Made by a program: the position numbers and the translations under genes. This document shows, one piece after another, positions 1 to 11,879 of a stretch of 64,000 nt of DNA. How positions within the stretch are numbered: position 1 is the stretch's first letter; every line of letters starts with the position of its first letter. The notes beneath the pieces were generated by a model. The model was not told the DNA's origin and searched no databases. It saw only the letters and a list, made by a program, of their open reading frames with translations. The stretch is taken from positions 124,001 to 188,000 of the forward strand of contig NW_021832228.1 of assembly GCF_006345805.1 (NCBI RefSeq), given 5' to 3'. This stretch comes from Octopus sinensis (lineage: Eukaryota).

Positions 1-735
1 TTTCTCAAGCAAAAAACGACTATTCAATCTAACATATTCAACTATTGATACAGAAGTTATGAAATGGATGGAACATATCGAACTTCGTGGCGGATTTATG
101 GTCGATAATTCTATTCTTTTGAAAGCAAAAAAAGTCGCCGATCTACATGGAATTACTGATTTCAAGGCTAGCAATGGCTGGCTCTCTAAATTCAAGAAAC
201 GGAACAATATTAAGTTAAGAACTTTTCACGGAGAGTCTTATATGACTAACGTAAACTTTGAAGAATAAATAAATTCTTTTATTTCAGTAATTTTCACAAA
301 ATTGCAAGAATATGAACCTGCAAATATTTATTACGCCGACGAAACAGGAATATTCTACAAAAATATTCCTTCAAAAAGTGTTTGTCAGAAAAATTGCCCA
401 GGGCAAAAAATGCTAAAAGACCGGTTTATTGTATTTCTTATATTTTAGATTTTCTTTGTTGCTGTATGCAAATATGACGGGGACAGATAAAAAAGTCAAT
501 TGATGATTATTTTCATTAATTTTTTAAACAATTTAAGAATTTCTTAACTTTTCTACAATTTAAAATTATATCATTTTAGATTATTAATCAGAATTTAATA
601 ACATTTATAATTTTTAAATTATTTTACATATATAATTTTCAATTTGTGGTGAACAACCGGAAGTGCTCGCCAAATTCTAAATCTCGCCACGATTTGGTCG
701 GTCCCAAAAAATGGCGAGATTTAGAGGCTTGACTG
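1..735 (+). mobile_element. Tigger/pogo DNA transposon remnant (CENP-B HTH plus start of DDE, right TIR)
   Basis: ORF 59-268 has FKASNGWLSKFKKR..FHGE; downstream YADETG motif; ends ...GAGGCTTGACTG|TA at 735. Confidence 0.85.
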
Positions 736-779
736 TACCTTGTAGGACTCGGCAGTGCAGGCGCAAATAAGTTGCAAAC

Positions 780-900
780 ATGAATACAGTTGTTCTGACA
801 TAAATGGGCACAAGGAAACTCGCAGTTCGTCGTGCCGTTTTTTGTAGGAATAAATAACATATCGTGGCTGACAACTGGGAATGGAGTCCCCAATAGGAGT
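780..900 (-). pseudogene. Glia maturation factor / ADF-H-like exon fragment
   Basis: Minus frame reads LGDSIPSCQPRYVIYSYKKRHDELRVS, resembling GMF [24 protein letters not shown]. Confidence 0.5.
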
Positions 901-1333
901 TGATTTAGCAGAAAATAGCGATCTAAAGCATGCCGGATTGTCACTAGAAGATGCAGACGATCTATAGACAGGGATCGAAAAATCAAAATCTCAAGAAGAG
1001 CGTAGAGGTGTCTAACAGACAAAATTGACCAGGGTGTAGCACAAGCGACGAGAAAATTATGATCTTACTTTTCAATCAAAGCAGATAACCGTCAACCAAT
1101 ATTCGAGATTTCCTCACAATTTGTGTAATAAATCATGAATACGGAGAGAGGAAAATAAGTTAGTTATTTTATGATTATAAACATTAGACAATAAATTCTT
1201 GAACAGAGAGAACTCAAGTCCTGGCAAAGAATTTCGTTTGTCATTTCCCGCGGTAGTAATAAAGCAGTTGTCTTTGTCGATAAAGATTGGACGCTGTATT
1301 TTCCTAGCAATAATTAGATCTGATACCTTAGCT

Positions 1334-2771
1334 CAGGCATTCTCAACCTTTTTTTGTTCATCGCCCCCTTAGATATTTTATCGCCCCCTTGTCCACATAC
1401 AATTTAAAAATTTTTGGGCATTGTCCCTTAATTGGTTATTTTTTGTATATAACTCAAAAATCAAAATATAAAATAATAAATCAAATGTAAAAAATTGAAT
1501 TTTTATTAAAAATTATTAGTGAGACCCTGATACTGATGTTTACTCGCTAAATATTCTAAGCCCTCTTGGCTGAAGAGTATGCTCTGGATACTGGAATTCA
1601 GGCGTCGTGGGTTCAAATCCAGAAGAGGATTCGTTCTTTTGCCCGTGAGGTGACGAGTACATCTGGCACGACACAGTATGTCAAAAGGGATCTCCTTCCT
1701 ATCCGGCCTTAGAAAGGCGTTACGTGGTCCACCAAATTCACTTGGAGATTTCGACTGGATTTGGAAACGCCGAGGGGGCACCTAATGCTCACCGAAAAAG
1801 GACCAATAGCTCTCCTACCCCCTGGGACATCGTCGTCGCAGGACGATGCACTTTGCATAGGATTGAACCTTTCCGGAGGATCTCCGTCGAAGTGCGTCGG
1901 GATCACACGCTAATTAGTTTGTTCTTAACTGTGGTCTTGGTGTTTAATAAATAAATAAAATGTGGGGTTTAAATCCCATTAAAACAGCTTTACTATCTAC
2001 AATGACGCTTTCATCAATTTGTAATGAAAACTTACTTCGCTTAAGTCTTTCAATAAGGATTTCCTTTACATTGTCACCCATTTCATCAATTCTTCGACGA
2101 ATCACCTAAACGTGTTAGTTAATGGTTAAGACGGTGATTTTGTTTGGCTTAAATAATCATAATAATCGAATCATTGCTAAGAGGTAGACTTTTAATAATT
2201 TTAGAAGCATCTTGATGCATTTCATCCGATATTATTACTTCCAGTGATGGAATTATTGCATTTTCTGCGATAGTATGAGAACTGGAAGTTTTCGCAATAA
2301 TTTCAGCAATTTTATAAGAAGCGATGTGCGCACCCACAACTACATATAAATAAATGTTAAATAACCACCATGTACTGGCTTTGTGAATAACGATTTGATC
2401 GTTTTCTTATTTTCAAAATTGTATTTTAAATTTTGAAAATATTCAATCGGCTTTGACATTTTATCCGGGTGCTTGCGTTTTAGATGATCCTGTAATCGTG
2501 ATGGCTTCATCGCCTCATTTGAGAAAGAACATTGACAAATAAGACAATAAGGCTGTTTTGTATCTTCAGTACTTTGAATAAACCCATATTTTAAATATTC
2601 GTTTTGATAATGACGACTTTTCTTATTTGAGCGAGAAGACATCTAAGATACCAAACAAGAATGTAAAAACAGGGTGGTATTTTAAAATCGCCCCCTTGTA
2701 AAAAATTATCGCCCCCTTGTACAAAATTTTCGCCCCTAGGGGGGCGATTCGCCCCCGGTTGAGAACACCTG
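1334..2771 (-). mobile_element. hAT (Buster/Charlie-type) internally deleted element
   Basis: TIRs CAGGCATTCTCAACC / GGTTGAGAACACCTG; 8-bp TSD CCTTAGCT (1326-1333, 2772-2779); BED-like ORF 2340-2642 (YLKYGF..CLIC..MKPSRLQDHL); TCGCCCCC subterminal repeats. Confidence 0.92.
1560..1960 (+). mobile_element. tRNA-derived SINE, copy 1 (nested in the hAT)
   Basis: tRNA-like head with A box TGGCTGAAGAG and B box GGTTCAAATCC; A-rich tail; homologous along its length to 8530-8964 (-). Confidence 0.8.
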
Positions 2772-2990
2772 CCTTAGCTAATGACGTATAAAAGTTGTTT
2801 CATCAACATTTCCAGCGAACCCAGCCAGTAATCATACTACAATATAGAACTCCGTTTTTAATTAAATCAACTTTAATGAATATTAAATAGTTTGATAAAA
2901 ATTATGTATAGTCACTGTCAGTTCCAAGTCTGAATAATCGTAGTTTTATTAAACCCATAAATAATTTATTTTAAAAGGCATTATGGAATT

Positions 2991-5910
2991 ATGTCTAAAA
3001 CGTACCTGAAACGCTTGGAGGAGATAAAAATTACATCATTTAATGTTAGAGGGATCAGTAAGGAATGGAAAAGAAACTTGTTATGCTCGGATCTAGCGAA
3101 GTACGGTACGACCGTGGGATGTCTGCAGGAGACCAAAGTACAAACTGGATTGGATGAGTTACATGGGGACTACAGGCTTATTTTACTGCCATCGACATAA
3201 AGGCACTATGGACAGGGGTTTGCCGTGCACAGGAAGCTTACACGTGGGATATTTCGGTGCTGGAGTGTTTCCGATAGAATCAGTGTCCTTCAAATTCGGG
3301 TCGGTGTCAAACGCACGTCGAAGACCCTCATTTCCATAATCAACGTATATGCACCTCATAGTGGACGGGTCGCCAAAGATTCGGACGAACTAGACTTCTT
3401 CTACATGCAGCTCTCGGGAACATTTGCCGAACTGGAATCGTCATTTCTAGTTTTCGTTGCAGGAGACTGGAATGCTAAAGCGGGAATACGTCGAGAAAAT
3501 GAAACCACTATCGGAAGACACGGAAGAGGGATAAGGAACCTCCCCGGGGCCATGCTGGTTAACTTCTGCCGGGCGTTTGGTCTATTTCTGTGTAATACTG
3601 CGTTTGCACACGCTGCACGACACAAGTCCACCTGGACAGGCTGCCGTAGAAACGAGTCTGGAGACCTCGTACCGATTTACAATCAGATTGACTACATTCT
3701 TTGCAAACAGAAAGACAGAACACTACTACGGGATTCGAGGTCTTACGGAGGGGCCACCTTGGAAAGTGATCACAAGATCGTCGCTGCCCTGTTTGATATT
3801 AGAAGTCGTTTTGTACGCACTTCAGGAGCGAAGTCTCATGAGGTCAAACGACGAGGATACCTAGTTGAGAGATTATACTCTTCACATTCCACTCGAAATA
3901 TCTATCAAGATTCTATGGAACATTATCTACAAGCAATAGAGAGAGACCTTCCTCCAGGAGTCATCTGGACGCATGCAGAGGAAGGAATTCACCTGACTGC
4001 AGATGCTCACATTGGGAGACGACCGTACGATGTAAAGACCAATGCCATCCCGATGTCCTTGCAATGGCTGCAAAACAGAAGGCTCTCCGACTCTCGCTAG
4101 AGAACACAACGGATATGGTCAGAAAACTTTCCTTACAATCGGAACGCACCAGGATACAGAAAATGATCAAAAAGTTAAATAGCGAACACATGCAAACGTT
4201 TTGGATGCCAGGCTAAAAGAAGTGGAGAATCTAAAGGATTGTGCACAGATGTTCTTAGCAATGAGGTTGCTTAAGAGGAAGAAGCAAAAGATTAAACTAA
4301 AGATCGAGGACAACAACGGAAATATAATTTTTGATACTACGGAACAAGCAGAACTTATTGCTACTCATTTTGAGCGACTTTTTAATGTTGACGGGGAAAA
4401 GGTGGACCTAATCACTACTAATCCGGTAAACCTGGTAAATGAAATCACGGTGGAAGAAGTTATGAAAGCAACGAATAGACTGAAAAGTAATCGCTCTCCG
4501 GGATCGGATGGTATAAGTGCTGAGTTACTGAAATACGGTCCTAAAACACTGATGGAAATCATGGCCAAAGTACTAAACAAAATGTTTACAACCAATGACC
4601 TCCTTCCTTTGGGCAAAGGAATTCTGGTCCCGATTCAAAAACCGAATAAGAAGATGGGCTCTGTGGATAACCTGCGACCAGTCATTCTACTCAATAAGCT
4701 GAGAAAGGTCCTCGCTCTCATAATGCTAGACCGTATACAAGAGCCTGCGAACGAATTCCTGTCTTCGAACCACAGTGGGTTCAGGACGGGTAGATCTACT
4801 GCTGATGTGATCTGGAGACACAGGTGGCGTTGCGCTACTTGCCGAAGATTCGAGAGAGCGACTACAATTCTAGGGATCGACATGTCGAGAGCCTTCGACA
4901 CAATTTGCCGAGGAAAACTTATTAGTGTTTTGCGGGGATTCCTCGACGGGGACTGCGTCAGGATGATAGAAGTCCTATTGTCGAACACGGAATTGACAGT
5001 ACAAATTGGGAGTACGTCATCCAGAAATTTTTCGACGACAGTGGGTACCCCTCAGGGAGACTCCCTTTCCCCTTTGCTGTTCGTGATATACCTGGAGGCG
5101 GCTCTGCGTGATCTCAGGCTCTTTTATAACGGGCAAATCACCGAACTTGTATACGCTGACGATGTGGATTTTGTATCACACGACACAGCAGCCTTGAGGT
5201 GGTTACTTGATGTTGCCCCAGCAGAGCTTGGAAAATGGTTCCTCACTGTGAACACAACCAAAACGGAAATCACGGAAGTCGCACGCATGAGTTCAAGACT
5301 AGATGATGAATGGAGACGTTCCAGAAAACTGGGCACACTCCTCGGAGATAGTGAGGACATTGCCCGGAGGAAAGTACTATCGAGGGCCGCGTTGAACAGG
5401 CTGAAAACGGATTGGGTGGCTAACAGGCCGGTAACGATTGCGCTTCGTTTGCGCCTCTACAATGCATTTGTGAAACCGGTCTTGCTATACTACTCCTTCT
5501 GTTGGGGGATCTCTGCTTCCGAAATTAAAAACCTTAACTCCTTCCACCGAAGACAACTGCGTATATTATGTGGGGTACAATGGCCGACCCGGATCAACAA
5601 CGGGGCACTTTACCGTAAATGCTCAGCGCAACCTGTGATTCTGGATGTGATGGAAGCCCGATGGAGACTGTTCGGACATGTCCTACGGATGGACCAGACG
5701 TTACCCGCAAACTTGGCTATGGAAGAATATTTTGCCGCTAGTGGAAAGAAATTTCGGGGACGCCCGCGCATTACTCTACCGGAGGTGCTGGATGCTGACC
5801 TCAAATCAATCAACCGCAAGCTTAAAAATGGGGATGATCTGGACGCAATGAAAAACTTAGCATGCATTATCGAGAAAATCGTTTCAAGTGCCGCACGTGT
5901 GGAAATATAA
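2991..5910 (+). mobile_element. RTE-clade LINE, near full length (APE endonuclease + RT), disrupted by a stop and frameshifts
   Basis: SFNVRG, CLQETK, GDWNAK, NQIDYI, SDHK endonuclease motifs; QGDSLSP and YADD RT motifs; RLFGHVLRM..GRPR RTE C-terminus. Confidence 0.93.
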
Positions 5911-5959
5911 CTATTATGTTTCTACGGCAGTTGCTGATAATAATAATAATTATGGAATT

Positions 5960-7760
5960 AACTTGATTGGCCAGCAAGCCGGATGAAATAGCTATTACAA
6001 CGTATAACGGCCAACAGGATCCTTTGCACTGGGAAAGTAAATTCTCTATTATCCTTGAAGAGTAATAAACAGAGGTGGCCAAGTTTTTTCAGACAATTAA
6101 CTGTCTTGAGCACAAAGACACACAAAGTCTCAACAGCAATTGATCAAAACAAACAGCCGTATAACAAACGCTGATATTTCTTGAATTTCGAAAATTCAGC
6201 CCTATTAGCACAAACCCGGGGAGAGAGACGGATTCGTTGATGGCCGACTCGGAAAAAATATCAACAAACGTGGCATCTATAACTAATGGTTTACCAGTGT
6301 CTAAAGGGGACAACGCAGGTCTTTTTCCATCACTACGGTCCAGACCAATTGGCTTTAGGACAGAAGGATACCCTGTCTTTTCGAGACCTTTGAGAATGAT
6401 CTTGTTAAGAGCCGAATGGCGAAGAATACGACCAGCGCTTTTCTTAGATGAGAGGACATGAAGCCCATATGTGTTTATCGTTGATCCACATCAGCAGGTG
6501 TTATACATCGTGGGAAGTAGGTTAAGGCAAGAGCCAGAATACGATTGGCGACTGGCCCGAAAGAAAGCTGGCCCGTGCTGGTCCAAAAGATGCTCAAGCG
6601 AGTCAACATAATGTTTATAAATAATTTTATTCTACTCACGTTGGAGAAATTGCTCTGACGGTAAGACGATATCCTTCTCCTTCCACAGTAAATATGCGGA
6701 ATTAATATCAATATTTAAAGTTGATTCGGATTATTTTTCAAGAATTTTATGGACAAGAAGATATAATCATGTAAAAGATAAAAGAAAAGGGTGAAGAGAA
6801 AAGTCGAGCGCAGAACGCAGTGCCAGACTCCCAAAAGAAACATGAAGTTTGCCATGACTTCAACCAACGTCATCAAACTTGACATTAAAAACCATCTCAG
6901 CGGAAGAACGTACCAGAGTGTCGAAAAATCCGAAGCAGTAGGAATAGAAAAGCAGCGGGATCTCCTTAGGATATAATTGAAAAGATAATTTTCGAGAATG
7001 AAATAAGGAGGGTGGGAATCAATATCTGCAAGTTTATCACAAAGAGTAAAAAGAGCATTTTTCTTAATATTAAGAATATGGGTGACGGATTTAGATTAAA
7101 TGGTATAAATATTCAACTTTTCAAGCATAAAACCATAAATCGCTCCAACCAAATTTGAAATAGCAATGAAGATTGAAATCACTTGCACCGCAAAAGACAA
7201 AATAACAGCTAATTCGGGTAGTTTTGTTATCAGGGAAGATTGATATACAAAGAATGAATTAGCAATGTCGGACTCGCAACCGTTGGCGATACCCACCTCG
7301 AATTGGTAAGGAGCAAATTCTGAGCTGAGGTGGAAGTAGTTTTCAATTGCTATAGCCAAGATTAATTGATTTAAAATCACCTTTTTTAATAATCTGGTTA
7401 TTATTGGATCCTTGCTCTCTAAAAAGGTGAATTACTGACATTAAAAACTGTTTTGTAATAAAAATAAAGTTTTTTTATTAATTATTGTCAATTGCCTCCG
7501 CTGCGGAACCGGGCTCAGTTGCAAAGCAGGCGGAACTAACAAAACAGAAGAAATACCGGGTCCTGGCAAAGAATCACCAATTCACTGCAGTCGCGGTGGA
7601 AACCTCTGGAGTCATCGGCCCGCAGACGCTATCGTCTCTCCGCCGCCTTGGATCTAAGCTCGTGGTTGCCACGAAAAATCCCAACGAGTCGATCAGACTC
7701 TTTCAAAGGATCTCATTGGCCATCATGCGCGGGAATTGCTAGTCGATCCGCTGCGCATTT
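5960..7760. mobile_element. Cluster of degraded CRE-like (RT-RLE) retroelement fragments on both strands
   Basis: GLDRSDGKRP, IDATFVD, YQFEVGI and AVETSG..FQRISLAIMRGN motifs shared with the 46384-49283 element. Confidence 0.75.
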
Positions 7761-8049
7761 TAACTCTTTTCGTTTATTAACAATTTAACATCAGAAAAAA
7801 AAACATTTTAATTCAATTAAAAAAAACTTAAAAATTTTTAGTTTTTTTATTAATTATTGTCAATTATCTTAATTTATTAATGGCAAACCTAATGCCTAAT
7901 AAATTATGCCACGTGTGTTGCACGCTGTTGATTTACTTTGTGGTGCTCGTTTAATTATTTGCTACACTTTAATTTTTTATAATTGTATTCAGAAGGAATA
8001 ATTCAGGATGTATTTTCTTTTAATGCTTTAATTATTTGAAAGTTCATCA

Positions 8050-8312
8050 TTTTTGTGATATTTTTTGATTTTATTCCTTTAATCTCCTTTTTTACTTATT
8101 TATACTGTTTGTGATATTTTTTGATTTTATTCCTTTTACATGTTCTCTCTTTCTATCTTGATCTTATGTGGCTGGCCAGTGCGAGATTTCACATTAAGTT
8201 GCGATCTCCCGGAACGGCTGTATTGATTATTCCTTTAATCTCCTTTTTTACTTATTTCTTATTTATAGTTTTAGTGATATTTTTTGATTTTGTTCCTTTA
8301 ATCTCTTTTTTA
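8050..8312. repeat. Local degenerate direct repeat (TGTGATATTTTTTGATTTTATTCCTTTAATCTCCTTTTTTAC), about 4 partial copies
   Basis: Unit recurs at about 8052, 8110, 8225 and 8273. Confidence 0.7.
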
Positions 8313-8529
8313 CATACAAATTTCATGGCCAATTTGAAAAAATCAATATTTAAGAAAATGAAGTAAACACCTTTAAATTTTATGCCGGAAACCTCCTCAC
8401 TTTTAATAATTCTGCAAACAGCTGAAAAACGTAATACATTGATTTGTAGAATTATTCTTAATTGTTTCTTTTTCAAATCTAATTTATTAAACAAATCTCC
8501 GAGTCACCCTTACCTTAACCATAACCATT

Positions 8530-8964
8530 TATTTATTTTATTATTATTATTTAAAGACCAAACACGGGCAAAGCCAGTTAATTATAGTTATTCCCGTGAT
8601 CGCCGATCCAAACGAGGGAGATCCTTCTGAAAGGTTCGATCCTTCCCGCAAGATCGGCCTGAGACGACGATGTCCCAGGGTCTGAGAAGCTAAGAGTCCT
8701 TTTTCGGAAGGCATTAAGTGCCTCCTGAGCGTTGCCATATCTGAAGGAATTTCCAACTGACATGGTGGACCCCGTAACGCCACGCTAAGCCCGGAAGGTA
8801 AGAGATCCCCATTTCCAACTGTGTCGTGCCAGAAGTACTCGTTGCCTCACGGGCAGGGGAACGATAACGAGAATTAGCCCCAGGATGAAAACTGGCCTCC
8901 TTCGGAATCGAACTCACGGCCGTCCAAATCCATTATCCATAGCTTAGTCTTCAGCCAAGGGGGC
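8530..8964 (-). mobile_element. tRNA-derived SINE, copy 2
   Basis: Reverse complement starts GCCCCCTTGGCTGAAGAC..GAGTTCGATTCC; shares TGCCCGTGAGG, CTGGCACGACACAGT, CCGAAAAAGGAC and CCCTGGGACATCGTCGTC with copy 1; (TAA/TAAA)n tail. Confidence 0.8.
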
Positions 8965-9039
8965 AAGTTACAAACTCGTCGTTCTTAATTTAAATTCTTC
9001 TCAATTTAAAACCTCCAATTCACAAAGTCCGGCTCTGAC

Positions 9040-9725
9040 ATTCACGTCGCACTTTGTATTAAATATAAAAATACAACAAAAAACCAAATGTCAACAATAC
9101 GCTGCAAAACCTCATCTCCTGACTGAACTACAAGAATTTTTGAAAAATCCTCGTTTTCTTGGAAATAAAAGTAGAATTCAATATAAGAACAAAAGCCAAT
9201 AAACGGATGCCTGCAATTGGCCAGTTCCACCGAAAATGGACTCGAATGATTACCAAATGTCGGCCATTACTGTATAAAAGTTCAAAGCATCGACAGAATT
9301 CATACATAAACGTTCAGGCTAGTCACATCATCCAATAAAAATACCGCCATATATTTAAAAGTGCCCAATCCAGTTGCCGCAACGAGTTCTATAAAAATCC
9401 GGAAATGCCAAAATCGCATATTTTGACTGAACCCTCCAAATTGAATAAAATATTGGCAGGTTTTATGTCTACAGCAGATTTCCTTCAACATTCTGATTTC
9501 TGTGCATTATATTCTTTGATTTCAGATAAACCAGTCCGGAGGAGACCTTAAATATCAGCACATATTTGGGTACAGCGTAGGCCACACAGGACAGGACTCT
9601 GGTCGGGACTTTCAACTGGTATTTGTGTAGAATACACCCAAAACTGGAGTTCGTTGGTTCCATAAATATCAGTAAAAAGTCCTAAATTAGTCTTCTAGTA
9701 CATATTGGGGTAATTCCCACACCTG
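9040..9725 (-). pseudogene. MAP kinase kinase (STE7/MAP2K family), 5'-truncated, with micro-introns
   Basis: Exons read LIFMEP.., GLVYLKSKNIMHR / DIKPANILFNLEGSVKICDFGISGFL*, GTFKYMA / PERL, ADIW, VELANCRHPF; one splice donor lost and a premature TAG. Confidence 0.85.
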
Positions 9726-10833
9726 CCTGGTTCGCCGCCTGATTGATGCAGTAGTCATCAATGCAGCATTCAGTCACATTCTTGACATTCACATTCACAT
9801 AGGTAACAAGAACACCGTATAGACCAGTCTTATTCACCATGTACGCTCGAGCAAAATCAGCCCTTAAAGGGACTAAGCTGCTCAAGTCTGCATTTGTTAC
9901 CTCTCCTCCAGCCAATATTGCATTTTTGGTTATTCGACAGGATAGGTAACTTATCCTCTCAGTCACACTTAACCCTTCACTCCTCATCTTCCATTCACGA
10001 CTTATAGACCTCGGTTTATGTTGGCATATTCCTTTGCAGTCACCTTTCTCTTTTCGGATCATTACACCCTCGACTGAGATCCAGTAATATCTCCCGCAAT
10101 AAATAGCACAACATTCCTGGTCGAAAGTCAAAACAGACTTCCATTTGGTTGCATATTTTCCCTCCCCCAATGATGCTAGCCATATCTCCACCCCCTCGAC
10201 ACACACATCTTTGTGGCTTAACACGAAGGCACCCTTATTGTCTTTCAACAAGCAGAAGCTCCCTGAGCATTCGTTCGACTCAAATATATCACCCTCTATC
10301 TTCCCGCTCAAAGGATCCACCGGGTAACTAACAGGATGTATCAAAGTGGCGTTCACGCAATCTGACTCATACTTAGGCCATATGCATGACACTTGTGGAT
10401 AGGACACTAGGTTTTCACCTTTGTCAACTTGCCCGGACCTGTACATGTCGATTGCTCTCTTACAGACTTCGGGACTTGGCTTTTTAAAGTTGTGCCAGCT
10501 CTTTTTTACAATTGGCTCCCACAACGCAAAGGGGTAATTGCAGCTTGAGCATAAAGTCATCTCAGTACACACATGTCCGTAAGCTCTTGGCTTCAAGTGC
10601 GCGTCTTGAATGAAGTGGTATTTTTCGAAGTTGGACTCTACAGTTGTATCGAAGGACTGAACGATAGAACAGTCTAGCTCATGTGGGTCGAGCAAGCGAA
10701 AGTGATCATTTGGTCCGATGGAGGGTAGTCGTACAATTGACTCAGTTTCTCCACTTTCTTGGAGCTTTGAAAGATGGACAAGGCAAATAACAACCATTGC
10801 GATATTTATCTTCGCTTTATATATGTTTCTCAT
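9682..10833 (-). CDS. Rhabdovirus-like glycoprotein G (endogenous viral element); ectodomain only, no TM anchor
   Basis: Intronless 383 aa with N-terminal hydrophobic signal; Cys spacing HELDC, GHVC..LCSSC, PSPEVC, YPQVSCIW, HPVSYPVDPLSG, NECSGSFC, CAIYCG, YLSC parallels vesiculovirus G (GWMC..VTTC, PSVEQC, FPPQSC, PHHVLVDEYTG, GKCSNYIC). Confidence 0.85.
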   Translation of the reverse strand: MRNIYKAKINIAMVVICLVHLSKLQESGETESIVRLPSIGPNDHFRLLDPHELDCSIVQSFDTTVESNFEKYHFIQDAHLKPRAYGHVCTEMTLCSSCNYPFALWEPIVKKSWHNFKKPSPEVCKRAIDMYRSGQVDKGENLVSYPQVSCIWPKYESDCVNATLIHPVSYPVDPLSGKIEGDIFESNECSGSFCLLKDNKGAFVLSHKDVCVEGVEIWLASLGEGKYATKWKSVLTFDQECCAIYCGRYYWISVEGVMIRKEKGDCKGICQHKPRSISREWKMRSEGLSVTERISYLSCRITKNAILAGGEVTNADLSSLVPLRADFARAYMVNKTGLYGVLVTYVNVNVKNVTECCIDDYCINQAANQAGVGITPICTRRLI

Positions 10834-10855
10834 TTTTCTTTTGTGTTGTAGTTTT

Positions 10856-10880
10856 TATATCCTGTTTTTTTGACTCTCTG
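10856..10880 (-). promoter_or_regulatory. Putative rhabdoviral gene-end/gene-start junction (GAGAGTC-A7-CAGGATAT)
   Basis: Exactly seven A (10865-10871), overlapping AACAG, about 30 nt upstream of the G ATG and about 55 nt after the upstream ORF stop. Confidence 0.55.
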
Positions 10881-10928
10881 TATTAGCCGGCGAGTTTAAG
10901 AGGTTAATCGAATCAAGTGTTTTATGGC

Positions 10929-11162
10929 CTAATAACAAGAGGGATCAAGATCACACCTTATACTGGATTGCTTGATAGTTGAGTTGTCTAGCCCTGCAAC
11001 CAACTCCTCAGAATGCAATTTCCCAAGGACAACATTCACTCCGGATAATAAATATTCCTGAAATGATAAATTCCTTGTGGCTACGTGGGTTTGAGATGGG
11101 AGATGAAGCACCAACTTGACAGAGCCGTTGTGCCCCGAGTCTTTAATGTCGTATTTGAATGT
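10929..11162 (-). pseudogene. Probable 3' part of the upstream viral gene (matrix-protein position)
   Basis: Open frame of about 77 codons TFKYDIKDSGHNGSVKLVLHL...DPSCY*, intronless, same strand, directly before the A7 junction; identity inferred from position only. Confidence 0.4.
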
Positions 11163-11879
11163 CTATATAGTGTATAACAAGCACAACTACTGAAGGGAAT
11201 TTTAAAAAGTAGTCGGCTAGATAATTCAACATGTGGAAAAATTTTAAACTTATTTATTACAAAAATTTTAATTTTCAAAATAGATTTAATTATTTAATTT
11301 ATTTTAAAAATCAGCAAGTCCCATTTTTTAGAACATAAAGAATTAAAAAACCAATTATTGTAATTAATCTTATATTATAAAAATTTAGGAATTACTAAAA
11401 TATTTTAATATATTTTATTTAAAATAAATTTAAAATATAACATGTGAATTTGCCTTGCACATGACTTCAGAATTGACTGTTTCCCAATTAAATCAAGTTC
11501 ATTTTAATTAAAAAAACTAAAAAGTTTGCCGAACTGATGCGAGGATTCAACCGAATGACTTTGACATGCTTCAAAAACTGTGTGATTTCATTTACAACTT
11601 CGTCTGCTACTGGAAAAGAGGTGAGTAAAGTCGTATTTATTTAGACGACGTGCGTAAACATGTGCTTTGACAAATTATTGAATGCAAATCAGAGAATTTC
11701 AATGGGATTTCAGGAATATAACTTGAGTAATGCAGGCACTTGATTTATCCTTATATTCTTTCGTAAATAAATTTATGAATTTATTCTTTGCTAAGTGATG
11801 GAAATTGTAAGATCACAATTTTAAAACAAAGTCTCAATTCGTTTTATAAAGACGAGGCCATTTTGAATATACAATCAAA

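Noticed and set aside
1560-1632. Functional tRNA gene
   Set aside because: The anticodon loop and D-arm are irregular, and the sequence continues into a ~330-bp body shared with a second copy; it is a SINE head
1724-1954. Conserved peptide RIEPFRRIS in both SINE copies (also ORF 8578-8763)
   Set aside because: Frames differ upstream and indels break them; this reflects nucleotide conservation only
4365-5867. Several antisense ORFs over the RTE (likewise over the CRE element at 46452-49266)
   Set aside because: Shadow ORFs of GC-richer coding sequence with no recognisable motifs
9660-9730. Spliced G-kinase receptor-like fusion protein
   Set aside because: The best donor gives an immediate TGA; there is no TM segment; the kinase lacks its N-lobe and has a lost donor and a premature stop
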